Assembly (NCBI GenBank): GCA_022705265.1
Contig: JAKJEU010000002.1
Location: 1-32,041 of the forward strand
DNA from: Pseudomonadota bacterium
GTDB taxonomy: Bacteria; Pseudomonadota; Alphaproteobacteria; JAKJEU01
Direction of reading: 5' to 3'
DNA: 32,041 nt
The translations under genes were made by a program, and so were the position numbers. Each line of letters opens with the position of its first letter. Within the stretch, counting starts at the first letter, position 1. The notes beneath the pieces are model-generated. The model worked only from the letters and a program-made list of their open reading frames with translations. It had not been told where the DNA came from and did no database searches. Positions 8,224 to 16,016 of this stretch are shown one piece after another.

Positions 8224-8646
8224 ATGAAAAAAATAACAATGATTTTATTTACAATATTTATGGCAAGCTGTGCTCAGGTCGAGATTCGTGGAAATCTCCC
8301 TGAAAAGGTTGTTCTTAACGAAATTTCAATCGGAATGCATAAGTCAGAAGTTACAAAACTTATCGGCTCTCCTTCTATTGTTCCTGCTTTTTCTGATGAT
8401 GTTTGGGTTTACATTGGCGGAAAACTTAACAAAAAGGCTTTCTTTGATGCAAAAGAAGAACAAAGACAAGCTGTTTATATAAAATTCAACTATTTCGGAC
8501 GAGTCCAAGATATCGAGGTAAAAGAAATTTCAGACGGAATGAATGTCGCATTTTCAAAGGATAAAACCAAAAGTTTGGGACAAAATTACGGAATCATAAA
8601 ACAATTAATCGGAAATATCGGAAGATTTAATCCTGATTTAAAATAA
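8224..8646 (+). CDS. bamE: Outer membrane protein assembly factor BamE (SmpA/OmlA lipoprotein)
   Basis: 140 aa. Lipobox FMASC, then the GMHKSEVTKLIGSPS...DVWVY pattern of BamE. Confidence 0.8.
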   Translation: MKKITMILFTIFMASCAQVEIRGNLPEKVVLNEISIGMHKSEVTKLIGSPSIVPAFSDDVWVYIGGKLNKKAFFDAKEEQRQAVYIKFNYFGRVQDIEVKEISDGMNVAFSKDKTKSLGQNYGIIKQLIGNIGRFNPDLK

Positions 8647-8651
8647 TTCTT

Positions 8652-9371
8652 TTAAATTTCCAATATTTTTGCATTTCTTAAAATTTCATTAGCATTTTCA
8701 GTATAGCTTCCATCTTCGTTATGAAGAATTAAACCTTTTGCAATTGAAAAAGGTTCTTTGCTTTCTTTTCTTGCTTTTACAATTGCTCTTTTACAAATGT
8801 CATTTTCCTTTGAATATAAAGGAAAAAGCCTTATCGCACCGCATTTTTCATTTAATATGCTAATAACCTCTGGGATTCTTACAATATCGATAATGATGGA
8901 AATAAATCCACGATAACAAACCCGCCTTACACAAAAATTAAGCCATTCTTGTAAAGAAATATCCCGTTCATGATGGGCAAGTTTTTTTGTATCGCCTTTG
9001 CTTAGCGTTCCTTCTTTGAAATAAGGTGGATTCGTAACCACAAAATCAAACGATTCGTTTTTCAAAGGATTCGTCTTAATATCAAAATTTAAAAAATTAA
9101 CATCAAGCCCGTTTATTTTGGCACTTTTTTTAGCATTTTCAATTTCTTGTTCATTAATGTCGATTCCAAAAACCTCACAATCGTTATTATGATATTTTGC
9201 AATAATTGAAATTGCACCGTTTCCACAACCTACATCTAAAATCTTTGAACCAGACTTAGCCTTAACCGAACTGCCGAGCAAAACCGCATCAGAAGTAGCT
9301 TTATAAGAAGGTTGAAATAATTTTATTTTACCTTGAAAAAAATCGTCTATATTATTATCCATATTAGTCAT
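8652..9371 (-). CDS. tRNA1(Val) (adenine37-N6)-methyltransferase-like SAM-dependent methyltransferase
   Basis: SAM motif ILDVGCGNGAISI and the catalytic motif VVTNPPYF. I place the start at ATG 9371 (MTNMDNNIDDFF). The 327-aa ORF in the track (to 9635) extends antisense through the neighbouring gene and is probably spurious there. Confidence 0.75.
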   Translation of the reverse strand: MTNMDNNIDDFFQGKIKLFQPSYKATSDAVLLGSSVKAKSGSKILDVGCGNGAISIIAKYHNNDCEVFGIDINEQEIENAKKSAKINGLDVNFLNFDIKTNPLKNESFDFVVTNPPYFKEGTLSKGDTKKLAHHERDISLQEWLNFCVRRVCYRGFISIIIDIVRIPEVISILNEKCGAIRLFPLYSKENDICKRAIVKARKESKEPFSIAKGLILHNEDGSYTENANEILRNAKILEI

Positions 9372-9402
9372 GAGTTTAATTATATAACGGAAGAAAAAGA
9401 AA

Positions 9403-10083
9403 TTGTTAAGTATCATTTTAAAAAATCCACAAATGTCTGAAAATGTTGGCGCTGTTGCACGGGCTATGAAAAATTGTTGTTTGACTGATTTAAGGGTGGT
9501 TGCACCTAAATGCGAAATTACAAACGATAAAGCAAGAGCTTCTTCTTCTGGGTCTGAGGATATTTTATTAAATGCAAAAATTTTCAAAACCTTAGAAGAA
9601 GCAACCAGCGACCTTAACACCGTCTTTGCCACCACCGCAAGAGACAGAAGTATGGAAAAACCTTTATACCTTCCTCATGAGGCTATGGAAAAATTAACTG
9701 AAAACTCTGGTGTAATTTTTGGTTGTGAGAGAACAGGGCTTACCAATGATGATTTGATGCTTGCCGATGCTATTATTAACATTCCATTGAACCCAAATCA
9801 TTCTTCGTTAAATCTCGCTCAGGCGGTTTTAATTGTTTCTTATGAACATTTTAAGCTTGGAGTAAAGCCTCATGACAATTCAAAAGAGCTTGCAACGAAA
9901 TCTGAACTTGCCCATTTTTTCAAAAATTTAGAAGAAAAATTAGATACCAAAGAATATTTCAAAATCGAAGAAAAAAGACCAAGAATGTTAAGAAACTTGC
10001 AAAATATCTTTAATCGTTCTATGCTTACATCACAAGAGATAAGAACCTTGCACGGGGTTATAAATCATCTTTCAAAAGATTAG
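9403..10083 (+). CDS. SpoU/TrmH-family RNA 2'-O-methyltransferase (TrmJ-like)
   Basis: 226 aa. The N-terminus IILKNPQMSENVGAVARAMKNCCLTDLRVV resembles TrmJ, and LNLAQAVLIVSYE lies in the knot region. TTG start at 9403. Confidence 0.75.
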   Translation: MLSIILKNPQMSENVGAVARAMKNCCLTDLRVVAPKCEITNDKARASSSGSEDILLNAKIFKTLEEATSDLNTVFATTARDRSMEKPLYLPHEAMEKLTENSGVIFGCERTGLTNDDLMLADAIINIPLNPNHSSLNLAQAVLIVSYEHFKLGVKPHDNSKELATKSELAHFFKNLEEKLDTKEYFKIEEKRPRMLRNLQNIFNRSMLTSQEIRTLHGVINHLSKD

Positions 10084-10098
10084 GTTTAAGGTATTTTT

Positions 10099-10572
10099 AT
10101 GAAAAAATTTTTATTTGTTTTAGCTTTTTTACTTCTATCAAGCTCTTATGCTTTTTGCCAAGGCATGAAAGAAGACAGAGTTAGAAAAAATGATTATTTT
10201 GATCTTGAAATATATCTTGAATCGCTTTGGACCAATGTTTCAAACCGCGATTCAACCTTTCCTCAAACAACCTTAATAACCGTTACTCTTATTCCTGTTC
10301 GCGGGGCGTATTTTGAAATTTGTAAAAATACTCCTTATATAATTGACGCACTTATCATTGAACTTAATAAAAATCCCCCAACCCAAGCTCAACTTGAAAC
10401 CGTCGAAAGAGCGGAACTTAGCACCCATCTTACAAAGGTTGCAAAAAATGTTCTTAAAAATCCTGATAAGCTTTTTTCGGTGGAAGTAATGCTTGGCGTT
10501 AAGCGAGGTCTCCAAACTTTTCAACGAAGAGAAACCCGTTCTTGTTCAAGCGGAAGAATTAACGAGCCTTAA
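10099..10572 (+). CDS. Hypothetical exported protein
   Basis: 157 aa with a clear signal peptide, MKKFLFVLAFLLLSSSYA. I can assign no domain with confidence. Confidence 0.5.
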   Translation: MKKFLFVLAFLLLSSSYAFCQGMKEDRVRKNDYFDLEIYLESLWTNVSNRDSTFPQTTLITVTLIPVRGAYFEICKNTPYIIDALIIELNKNPPTQAQLETVERAELSTHLTKVAKNVLKNPDKLFSVEVMLGVKRGLQTFQRRETRSCSSGRINEP

Positions 10573-10577
10573 AAACC

Positions 10578-11834
10578 ATGCAAACAAAAGATTTTTATAC
10601 TGTAACCGAAATATCTTCTGCTATTGCTTTGCTTTTTTCCGAAAATTTCAGCGGACTTATCAAAGTAAAAGGAGAAATTTCAGGACTTAACGCTTCCCCT
10701 TCGAACCATTGGTATTTTTCGATAAAAGACAATGATACTTTATTAAATGGAGTTTGTTGGAAATTCCGTACTTCAAGTCTTAAATTCGTGCCTAAAAACG
10801 GTGATGAAGTTTTTTGTTATGGCAAACTTAAAACTTATGCTGGGCGTTCTTCTTACCAACTGGATGTCGAAAAATTTGAACCTTTTGGTCAAGGCGACCT
10901 TGCGTTAAAATTATTAGAGCTTAAAGAAAAATTTTTAAAAGAAGGGCTTTTTAACGAAGCTCATAAGAAAAAACTTCCCTTTTTACCAAAAAAGATTGGG
11001 GTTATTACCTCACCTACTGGTGCGGTTTTTCATGACATTCTTAAAACTTTGGAAGCTATTTATCCTTCCCATGTCGTGCTTTACCCTGTCCCTGTTCAAG
11101 GAGTTGGAGCGGGCGAAAAAATTGCAAAGGCGATTAAAGATTTCAATGAAATGAACAATGTTGATGTCATAATCGTGGCAAGAGGTGGTGGCTCATTAGA
11201 AGATTTATGGGAATTTAACAGCGAAGTTGTTGTTCGTGCTGTTTTTGATTCAAAAATTCCTGTTGTTTCTGGGGTTGGACATGAAACCGATACAACTTTG
11301 ATTGATTATGTCGCTGATGAAAGAGCTTTAACCCCTACTAAGGCGGCTATGGCTGTGGTTCCAAACATTGTTAATCTAAGAAATAATATAAATTCTTTGT
11401 CCATAAGGCTTAACAACGCCATAAATCAAATAATAAGCCACAACGAACTTAAACTTAAAGCTTTGAAAATAAATGATTTAAGTTATACCCTTGACATTAA
11501 ACAACAAAAGCTTAATGATTTGTCTGATAAAATGGCTATGATTATGAAACAAAGGCTTGAACTTGCCAATAACCGTATAAAAAATACTGACGGTAAGTTG
11601 GAATTCATGATAAATCACAGTTTTCAAAAAAATAAGGATAAACTTAAAAGATTGTCAGAGCTTTTGGAAAGTTACTCATATAAAAATGTCTTAACCCGCG
11701 GTTTTGTTATGATAAAAGATGAAAATGAAAATCCGCTGACTTCAATTAAACAAATAAACAAGGATGATAAAATTGCAATACATTTCAAAGATGGTAAAGC
11801 TATCGCTGATATTAGCTCTGTTATTTCTGGCTAG
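10578..11834 (+). CDS. xseA: Exodeoxyribonuclease VII large subunit
   Basis: 418 aa. N-terminal OB-fold region VTEISSAIALLFSENFSGLIKVKGEISG...HWYFSIKD, catalytic core ARGGGSLEDLWEFN and GVGHETDTTL, and a long coiled-coil C-terminus. Confidence 0.9.
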   Translation: MQTKDFYTVTEISSAIALLFSENFSGLIKVKGEISGLNASPSNHWYFSIKDNDTLLNGVCWKFRTSSLKFVPKNGDEVFCYGKLKTYAGRSSYQLDVEKFEPFGQGDLALKLLELKEKFLKEGLFNEAHKKKLPFLPKKIGVITSPTGAVFHDILKTLEAIYPSHVVLYPVPVQGVGAGEKIAKAIKDFNEMNNVDVIIVARGGGSLEDLWEFNSEVVVRAVFDSKIPVVSGVGHETDTTLIDYVADERALTPTKAAMAVVPNIVNLRNNINSLSIRLNNAINQIISHNELKLKALKINDLSYTLDIKQQKLNDLSDKMAMIMKQRLELANNRIKNTDGKLEFMINHSFQKNKDKLKRLSELLESYSYKNVLTRGFVMIKDENENPLTSIKQINKDDKIAIHFKDGKAIADISSVISG

Positions 11835-12591
11835 TAATTCTTATGCCTGCCCTTTTAAACTTGATAGAGAACTTTATCAAGGTGGGATTGCATATGGCAA
11901 AATTGATGAAGGTTACGATTTATTTTTGGACAAGAAAAAAATTCCAACCAAAAACGGTAATTTTATCATCGGAATTCATCGCGACCGCAAAGTAAATGCT
12001 TTGTTTAAAGCCTTTGATAACAAAACAAAAAAGCAAATTAATTGTGAAATTGAAGTTAAAAAATTCAAGTGGAAAATCGATTATGTAAATGGGGTTGAAG
12101 GCGAAAAAGTAACTCCTCCTAAATCATATTTTGACAGAATTCAAAAAGAACAAAATTTAATGGTAAATGCAAGGAAAGCTTTATTAACCAACCATTTTCC
12201 AACCTCTTTTATAATGCCTGTGCATGGCCGTATTTCAAGCCCCTTTGGTGGGCAAAGAGTTTTTAACGGACAACCTCGCTCCCCTCACAGCGGAATTGAT
12301 ATAGCCGCAAAACAAGGAACACCTATAAAAGCGATTGAAGATGGTAAAGTTATGCTTGCTTATGACGAAATGTTTTTTTCAGGCAAAATTATCGTAATTG
12401 ACCACGGTTTTTATGTTAATTCCACCTATGCTCATTTAAGCAAAATAAATGTCAAAAAAGGCGACACAGTAAAAAAAGGCGACATTATTGGTGAAGTTGG
12501 CTCTACGGGTCGTTCAACTGGGCCTCATTTACACATTACAATTAATATTTTTGGAGTTAATGTCGACCCATTGAAAGTTTTAAAAGATTAA
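11764..12591 (+). CDS. M23-family metallopeptidase (murein DD-endopeptidase-like)
   Basis: Motifs HSGIDIAA, DHGFYVNSTYAHL and GSTGRSTGPHLHI. The alternative start ATG 11791 gives a canonical signal peptide, MVKLSLILALLFLASNSYA. Either start overlaps the xseA 3' end. Confidence 0.85.
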   Translation: MIKLQYISKMVKLSLILALLFLASNSYACPFKLDRELYQGGIAYGKIDEGYDLFLDKKKIPTKNGNFIIGIHRDRKVNALFKAFDNKTKKQINCEIEVKKFKWKIDYVNGVEGEKVTPPKSYFDRIQKEQNLMVNARKALLTNHFPTSFIMPVHGRISSPFGGQRVFNGQPRSPHSGIDIAAKQGTPIKAIEDGKVMLAYDEMFFSGKIIVIDHGFYVNSTYAHLSKINVKKGDTVKKGDIIGEVGSTGRSTGPHLHITINIFGVNVDPLKVLKD

Positions 12592-12839
12592 ATTTCTGAT
12601 AAAGTTTCAAGCATTTTTGCGGTCATCAAAACACTGTCTTTGATACTTGTTGCTGTGTTTTTGTCTGAATTATTCTCAATTTGAATTTTTGCAATCATTT
12701 CTTGCAATATTTCTTGTTGCTCTTCTTTTTTCTCACTGAAACCTTCGATAAAATTCTTATATGCCACCGCCCTTGTTTTATAAGACAAGCCTAAGCTTTC
12801 GGTTATATTAAGATAATCTGAAACACCACTCATTTTCAC
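12588..12839 (-). CDS. Hypothetical small acidic protein (81-83 aa), third gene of an uncharacterised three-gene operon
   Basis: ORF with GTG 12839, or ATG 12833 preceded by AGGGTG. It starts 6 nt after the upstream gene ends. No recognisable domain. Confidence 0.5.
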   Translation of the reverse strand: MKMSGVSDYLNITESLGLSYKTRAVAYKNFIEGFSEKKEEQQEILQEMIAKIQIENNSDKNTATSIKDSVLMTAKMLETLSEI

Positions 12840-12845
12840 CCTACT

Positions 12846-13307
12846 TTAAGCCATTTGAAGAAGACTTGAAACCACATCATCACTTAATGAATTACCCTTT
12901 AACACATTTTCTTTTTGTTCTTTTTTGATTTCGTTTCTTACAATTTCTTCAATTCTTTTTTTAAGCTCATCCATAACGAGTTTTTCTTGCCTTATCCTTT
13001 CTTCCGAAGGCATTTTTGCCAAACTTTCCTTTGTAACTCCCATTTCTCCCATAATTTGTTCAGCAATTTTCTTTTTTAAATTTTTAAGTTGCCAAGACCA
13101 ATAACCTTCCGCTCCTTTTGAAGTTATTTCTTTTAATGTATCATAGGAATCTTTGACATCTTCAAAAATTTCATTAAATTCTTTGTCAATTTGATTGGCA
13201 TACGAGTCTTGAATAAAGTTTGAACTTGAACTCGCCGGAGAATTATCTTTGTTAAAAACCCCATAATTAGTCAAAGTTTTAGAAGATGAAACAGAAGATA
13301 TCAACAT
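12846..13307 (-). CDS. Hypothetical protein (153 aa), paralog of the upstream gene
   Basis: I prefer ATG 13307 (MLISSVSSS...) because a GAGG Shine-Dalgarno sits 7 nt upstream. The track's GTG 13319 lies inside that SD. It shares the N-terminal M(L)ISS(V/L)S, a central G-E-x-G-(V/L)-T...MP motif and a C-terminal V(V/I)S(S/T)LL motif with 13331-13756. Confidence 0.55.
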   Translation of the reverse strand: MLISSVSSSKTLTNYGVFNKDNSPASSSSNFIQDSYANQIDKEFNEIFEDVKDSYDTLKEITSKGAEGYWSWQLKNLKKKIAEQIMGEMGVTKESLAKMPSEERIRQEKLVMDELKKRIEEIVRNEIKKEQKENVLKGNSLSDDVVSSLLQMA

Positions 13308-13330
13308 GTTAAACCTCACTTATTAATATT

Positions 13331-13756
13331 TTAAACCGCAAATAATAAAGTCGAAATAACCTTATTACTTAACATCTCTCCTCTTAAAAAACCTACATTA
13401 TTAACAGAATTAACATCACTTTTTATAAAACTTTTCATTCTTGATTGAATTTCTTCGGAAATCTCACTTTGGAGCAACATTTTTTCCGATAAAGGCATAG
13501 AATTTAATTTTTGACTTGTAAGACCTTTTTCACCCAAGATTTCCTGGGTAAATTTTTCCTTTAACTCGGAAACTTTTGACAATGAATATTTATCAGAAAC
13601 TCCATTTGCTGATGTTTCGCTACTATCTTCAAATAAGTTTATTGGCTCGATTTTATATTCTTTTGATTTAACCTTATAAGCATCTTGCATAACATTTCTT
13701 GCATTTGCTATGCTTTTCATCATGCTTGCATGGTTATTGCTTAATGAGCTAATCAT
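13331..13756 (-). CDS. Hypothetical protein (141 aa), first gene of the three-gene operon
   Basis: AAGGA Shine-Dalgarno 8 nt upstream of ATG 13756. It lies downstream of the rpsU terminator, so it probably has its own promoter. No recognisable domain. Confidence 0.55.
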   Translation of the reverse strand: MISSLSNNHASMMKSIANARNVMQDAYKVKSKEYKIEPINLFEDSSETSANGVSDKYSLSKVSELKEKFTQEILGEKGLTSQKLNSMPLSEKMLLQSEISEEIQSRMKSFIKSDVNSVNNVGFLRGEMLSNKVISTLLFAV

Positions 13757-13831
13757 GGCTTTTATCCTTTAAAATTAATAAAACTTTAAAGGTAATTATG
13801 CAATTTTCATGCCTAATACAATTTTAGTTAT

Positions 13832-13862
13832 AAAAAAAGACTTCCTAATATTAAAGGAAGCC
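13832..13862 (-). terminator. Rho-independent terminator after rpsU
   Basis: Minus strand: GGCTTCCT (13862-13855), loop TTAATATT, AGGAAGTC (13846-13839). The stem is 8 bp including one G-U pair, followed by 7 T (13838-13832). Confidence 0.75.
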
Positions 13863-13887
13863 TTTTCTTAAATTTTGGAAATTTTAA

Positions 13888-14094
13888 TTAAAATCCGTCT
13901 CTTTCGACTCTTTTTCTTTCCATTTTACGAGCTCTTCTTTGTGATTCAGCTTGTTCACGGACTCTTTTTTCGGAAGGCTTTTCGAAGTTACGACGCAACT
14001 TAATTTCACGAAGAACACCTTCGCGTTGCAATTTTTTCTTTAAAACTCTTAATGCTTGTTCAACATTATTGTCTCTAACAACTACTTGTACCAA
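13888..14094 (-). CDS. rpsU: 30S ribosomal protein S21
   Basis: 68 aa: [47 protein letters not shown] start preceded by the extended SD GGAAGGAGGGGAG. Confidence 0.95.
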   Translation of the reverse strand: MVQVVVRDNNVEQALRVLKKKLQREGVLREIKLRRNFEKPSEKRVREQAESQRRARKMERKRVERDGF

Positions 14095-14180
14095 TTATCT
14101 CCCCTCCTTCCTAAATTTTCTCTAATGATTTTCTATGCTTTCAAAGTATACCCTTTTACTATAAATAGCAACCTTTTAAT

Positions 14181-15190
14181 TTAAAACCTTTGTTGAGCTT
14201 GTTTTTTTCTAAGTTCTGGGTATAAATCTTGTGCCTCAACTCTATAAATGATGCTTTCTTTTTCTTTTTTCAAGCCACCTTCGGTAAAATTCGCATAAAA
14301 ATTGTTATCCATCGCGCCATTTTTTACCGCAGAATATCTTAAAAACTCAAAAACTTCTTCTCTTCCTCTTGCACAAGCCCCTTGTTTAGAAATGGTATAA
14401 GCAACCTCGGTCGACTCTCTTTCAACTTGTTCTTTTCTTGCACCAATGTCTTCCATAAAAGCGACCAAGCCTCTGTCAAATTCCTTTGGCTCTTTGATAT
14501 CAGAAGTCAAACCTTTTTCATTAAAATTAAACTCATCTTGGAATTTTTTTGCCAATTCCATACTTTGTTCATGAGTCGAATGGATTGCCACTTTTATTAA
14601 ATTATTTGCTCTTTTTTTATCATTTGAAATGAAATTATTTTCAAATTCATCGACACTTAAAATTTCCGAAGGCTTGTCTTTCTCACCCTTTAACAAATAA
14701 GCCCCCTCTTTGCCAATTTTTTTAACTTCACCATTTTTAAATTTAAACTCGGTATCAGGAAGAATAAAAGAAGCCTTATCTTTGTTTTTCTTTCATCAAG
14801 CACCGCAAATTCTCGTTTATTCCGATTTATTGGGATTAATTTTTCGTCCTCACCCAAAGATTTTATCATCAAGCCTTTACCATTTCGTTCAAAAAAAGAA
14901 GTCAAAATTTGAACTTGGTTAGGGGTTACAATATCATAAGGAGGATATTTTGTTATGCTTGAAATAAAGCTTTTTAACGCATTTTCACGAGTTTTATCAA
15001 GATTATATATGGCAATTTTACCCTTGCCATCATTTGAAATTGTTTGAAGCTTTCCTGTTTTTGGATTTTTAAAATTTATATCCACCTTATCCTTGCCACG
15101 ATTAAAACCTTTTAAATCGATTAAGAATATTTTTTCAATAGGGTTTATTGGAGTAAAACGATCAACATCTTTTTCATTTACAACATGCAT
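14181..15190 (-). pseudogene. Gene of unknown function (about 336 codons) split by a 1-nt frameshift at an A5 run. It appears in the track as two overlapping ORFs, 14690-15190 and 14181-14696.
   Basis: The downstream frame is open upstream of its TTG as far as 14792 and reads sensibly there: KKNKDKASFILPDTEFKFKNGEVKKIGKEGAY, running on into LLKGEKDK. After ...REFAVLDER the upstream frame turns into a hydrophobic out-of-frame-looking tail, KTKIRLLLFFLIPSLNL. Adding one A to the coding-strand AAAAA (plus-strand T5 at 14785-14789) gives one continuous ORF, ...AVLDERKNKDKASF.... Confidence 0.6.
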
Positions 15191-15236
15191 AAAATTTGCC
15201 TTTTTTCATGATAAAATTTTTATTTAAAACATTATA

Positions 15237-16016
15237 TCACAAATTTTTGACAAAAACCATACTTCTATTGATATTTGCAATATCTTTGCTTATTTTCACC
15301 AATGAAAGTCCTTTATTTTTCATGATTTTTTCAACATCCATTTCTTGGTTTTGTCCGATTTCCAAAATTAAATAACCACCGTTTTTGATGATTTTTTCAT
15401 TAAAATTTTGATAAAAATCCAAACCACTTGCACCTCCATCAAGAGCAAGTGATGGGTCGTACTTCGTTTCTTTATCCAAAAATGCCATTTCTTCGCTCCT
15501 TAAATACGGAGGGTTAAAAAGGCATAAATCAAAACCAAAATCATGGAAATAATTCATATCCATATTTATAAAATCGCAACGGTTTTGAAGTCCCAAATTA
15601 TCAGCATTTTGTTTTGAAACCAAAATTGCCTTATCCGAAATATCAAGCAAAGTTAAATTGGAATTTGGATATTCAAAACAAAAAGAAAGCCCAAGACAAC
15701 CCGTCCCAGAACAAACATCAATGACTTTTAAATCTTTGTTTTTATCCTTGAATATTTCAAAAGCATCATATAACAAAACTTCGCTATCGGCTCTTGGGTC
15801 CAGCGTATCTTTGGTGGTTATAAATTCGTGTTTATAAAACCCCTTTGAACCAAGTATCTTTGCCAAAGGTTCAAAATTAAGCCTTCTTTTTAAATTTTCA
15901 TCTAAAAGGGAAGGCTTAGAATATTTTACCAACCATCTTGCTTCAAGCTCTGGATTATCAATTCCCTCCTCTTTTAAAGCCCTAGCTAAGTTCTGATAAT
16001 TTTTTGAGTTGATCAT
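15237..16016 (-). CDS. prmC: Release factor glutamine N5-methyltransferase
   Basis: 259 aa. SAM motif [13 protein letters not shown] and catalytic motif LFNPPYL. It sits immediately downstream of prfA with a 35-nt overlap. Confidence 0.9.
   Translation of the reverse strand: MINSKNYQNLARALKEEGIDNPELEARWLVKYSKPSLLDENLKRRLNFEPLAKILGSKGFYKHEFITTKDTLDPRADSEVLLYDAFEIFKDKNKDLKVIDVCSGTGCLGLSFCFEYPNSNLTLLDISDKAILVSKQNADNLGLQNRCDFINMDMNYFHDFGFDLCLFNPPYLRSEEMAFLDKETKYDPSLALDGGASGLDFYQNFNEKIIKNGGYLILEIGQNQEMDVEKIMKNKGLSLVKISKDIANINRSMVFVKNL

Noticed and set aside
9372-9635. N-terminal 88-aa extension of ORF 8652-9635
   Set aside because: The extension runs antisense through the start of the TrmJ-like gene and has odd composition (FFFFRYIIKL). 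The methyltransferase homology only begins after Met89, at ATG 9371.
10493-10690. Alternative-frame ORF spanning the 10099-10572 gene end and the xseA start, as possible evidence of a frameshift
   Set aside because: It is bounded by a stop at 10487-10489. It runs across the well-supported xseA start and gives no more protein-like a continuation than the annotated frame.
14779-14795. Programmed -1 ribosomal frameshift joining the two halves of the split gene
   Set aside because: The sequence gaa aga aaa aca aag has no X XXY YYZ slippery heptamer in the zero frame and no obvious downstream stimulatory structure. A 1-nt homopolymer indel is the simpler explanation.
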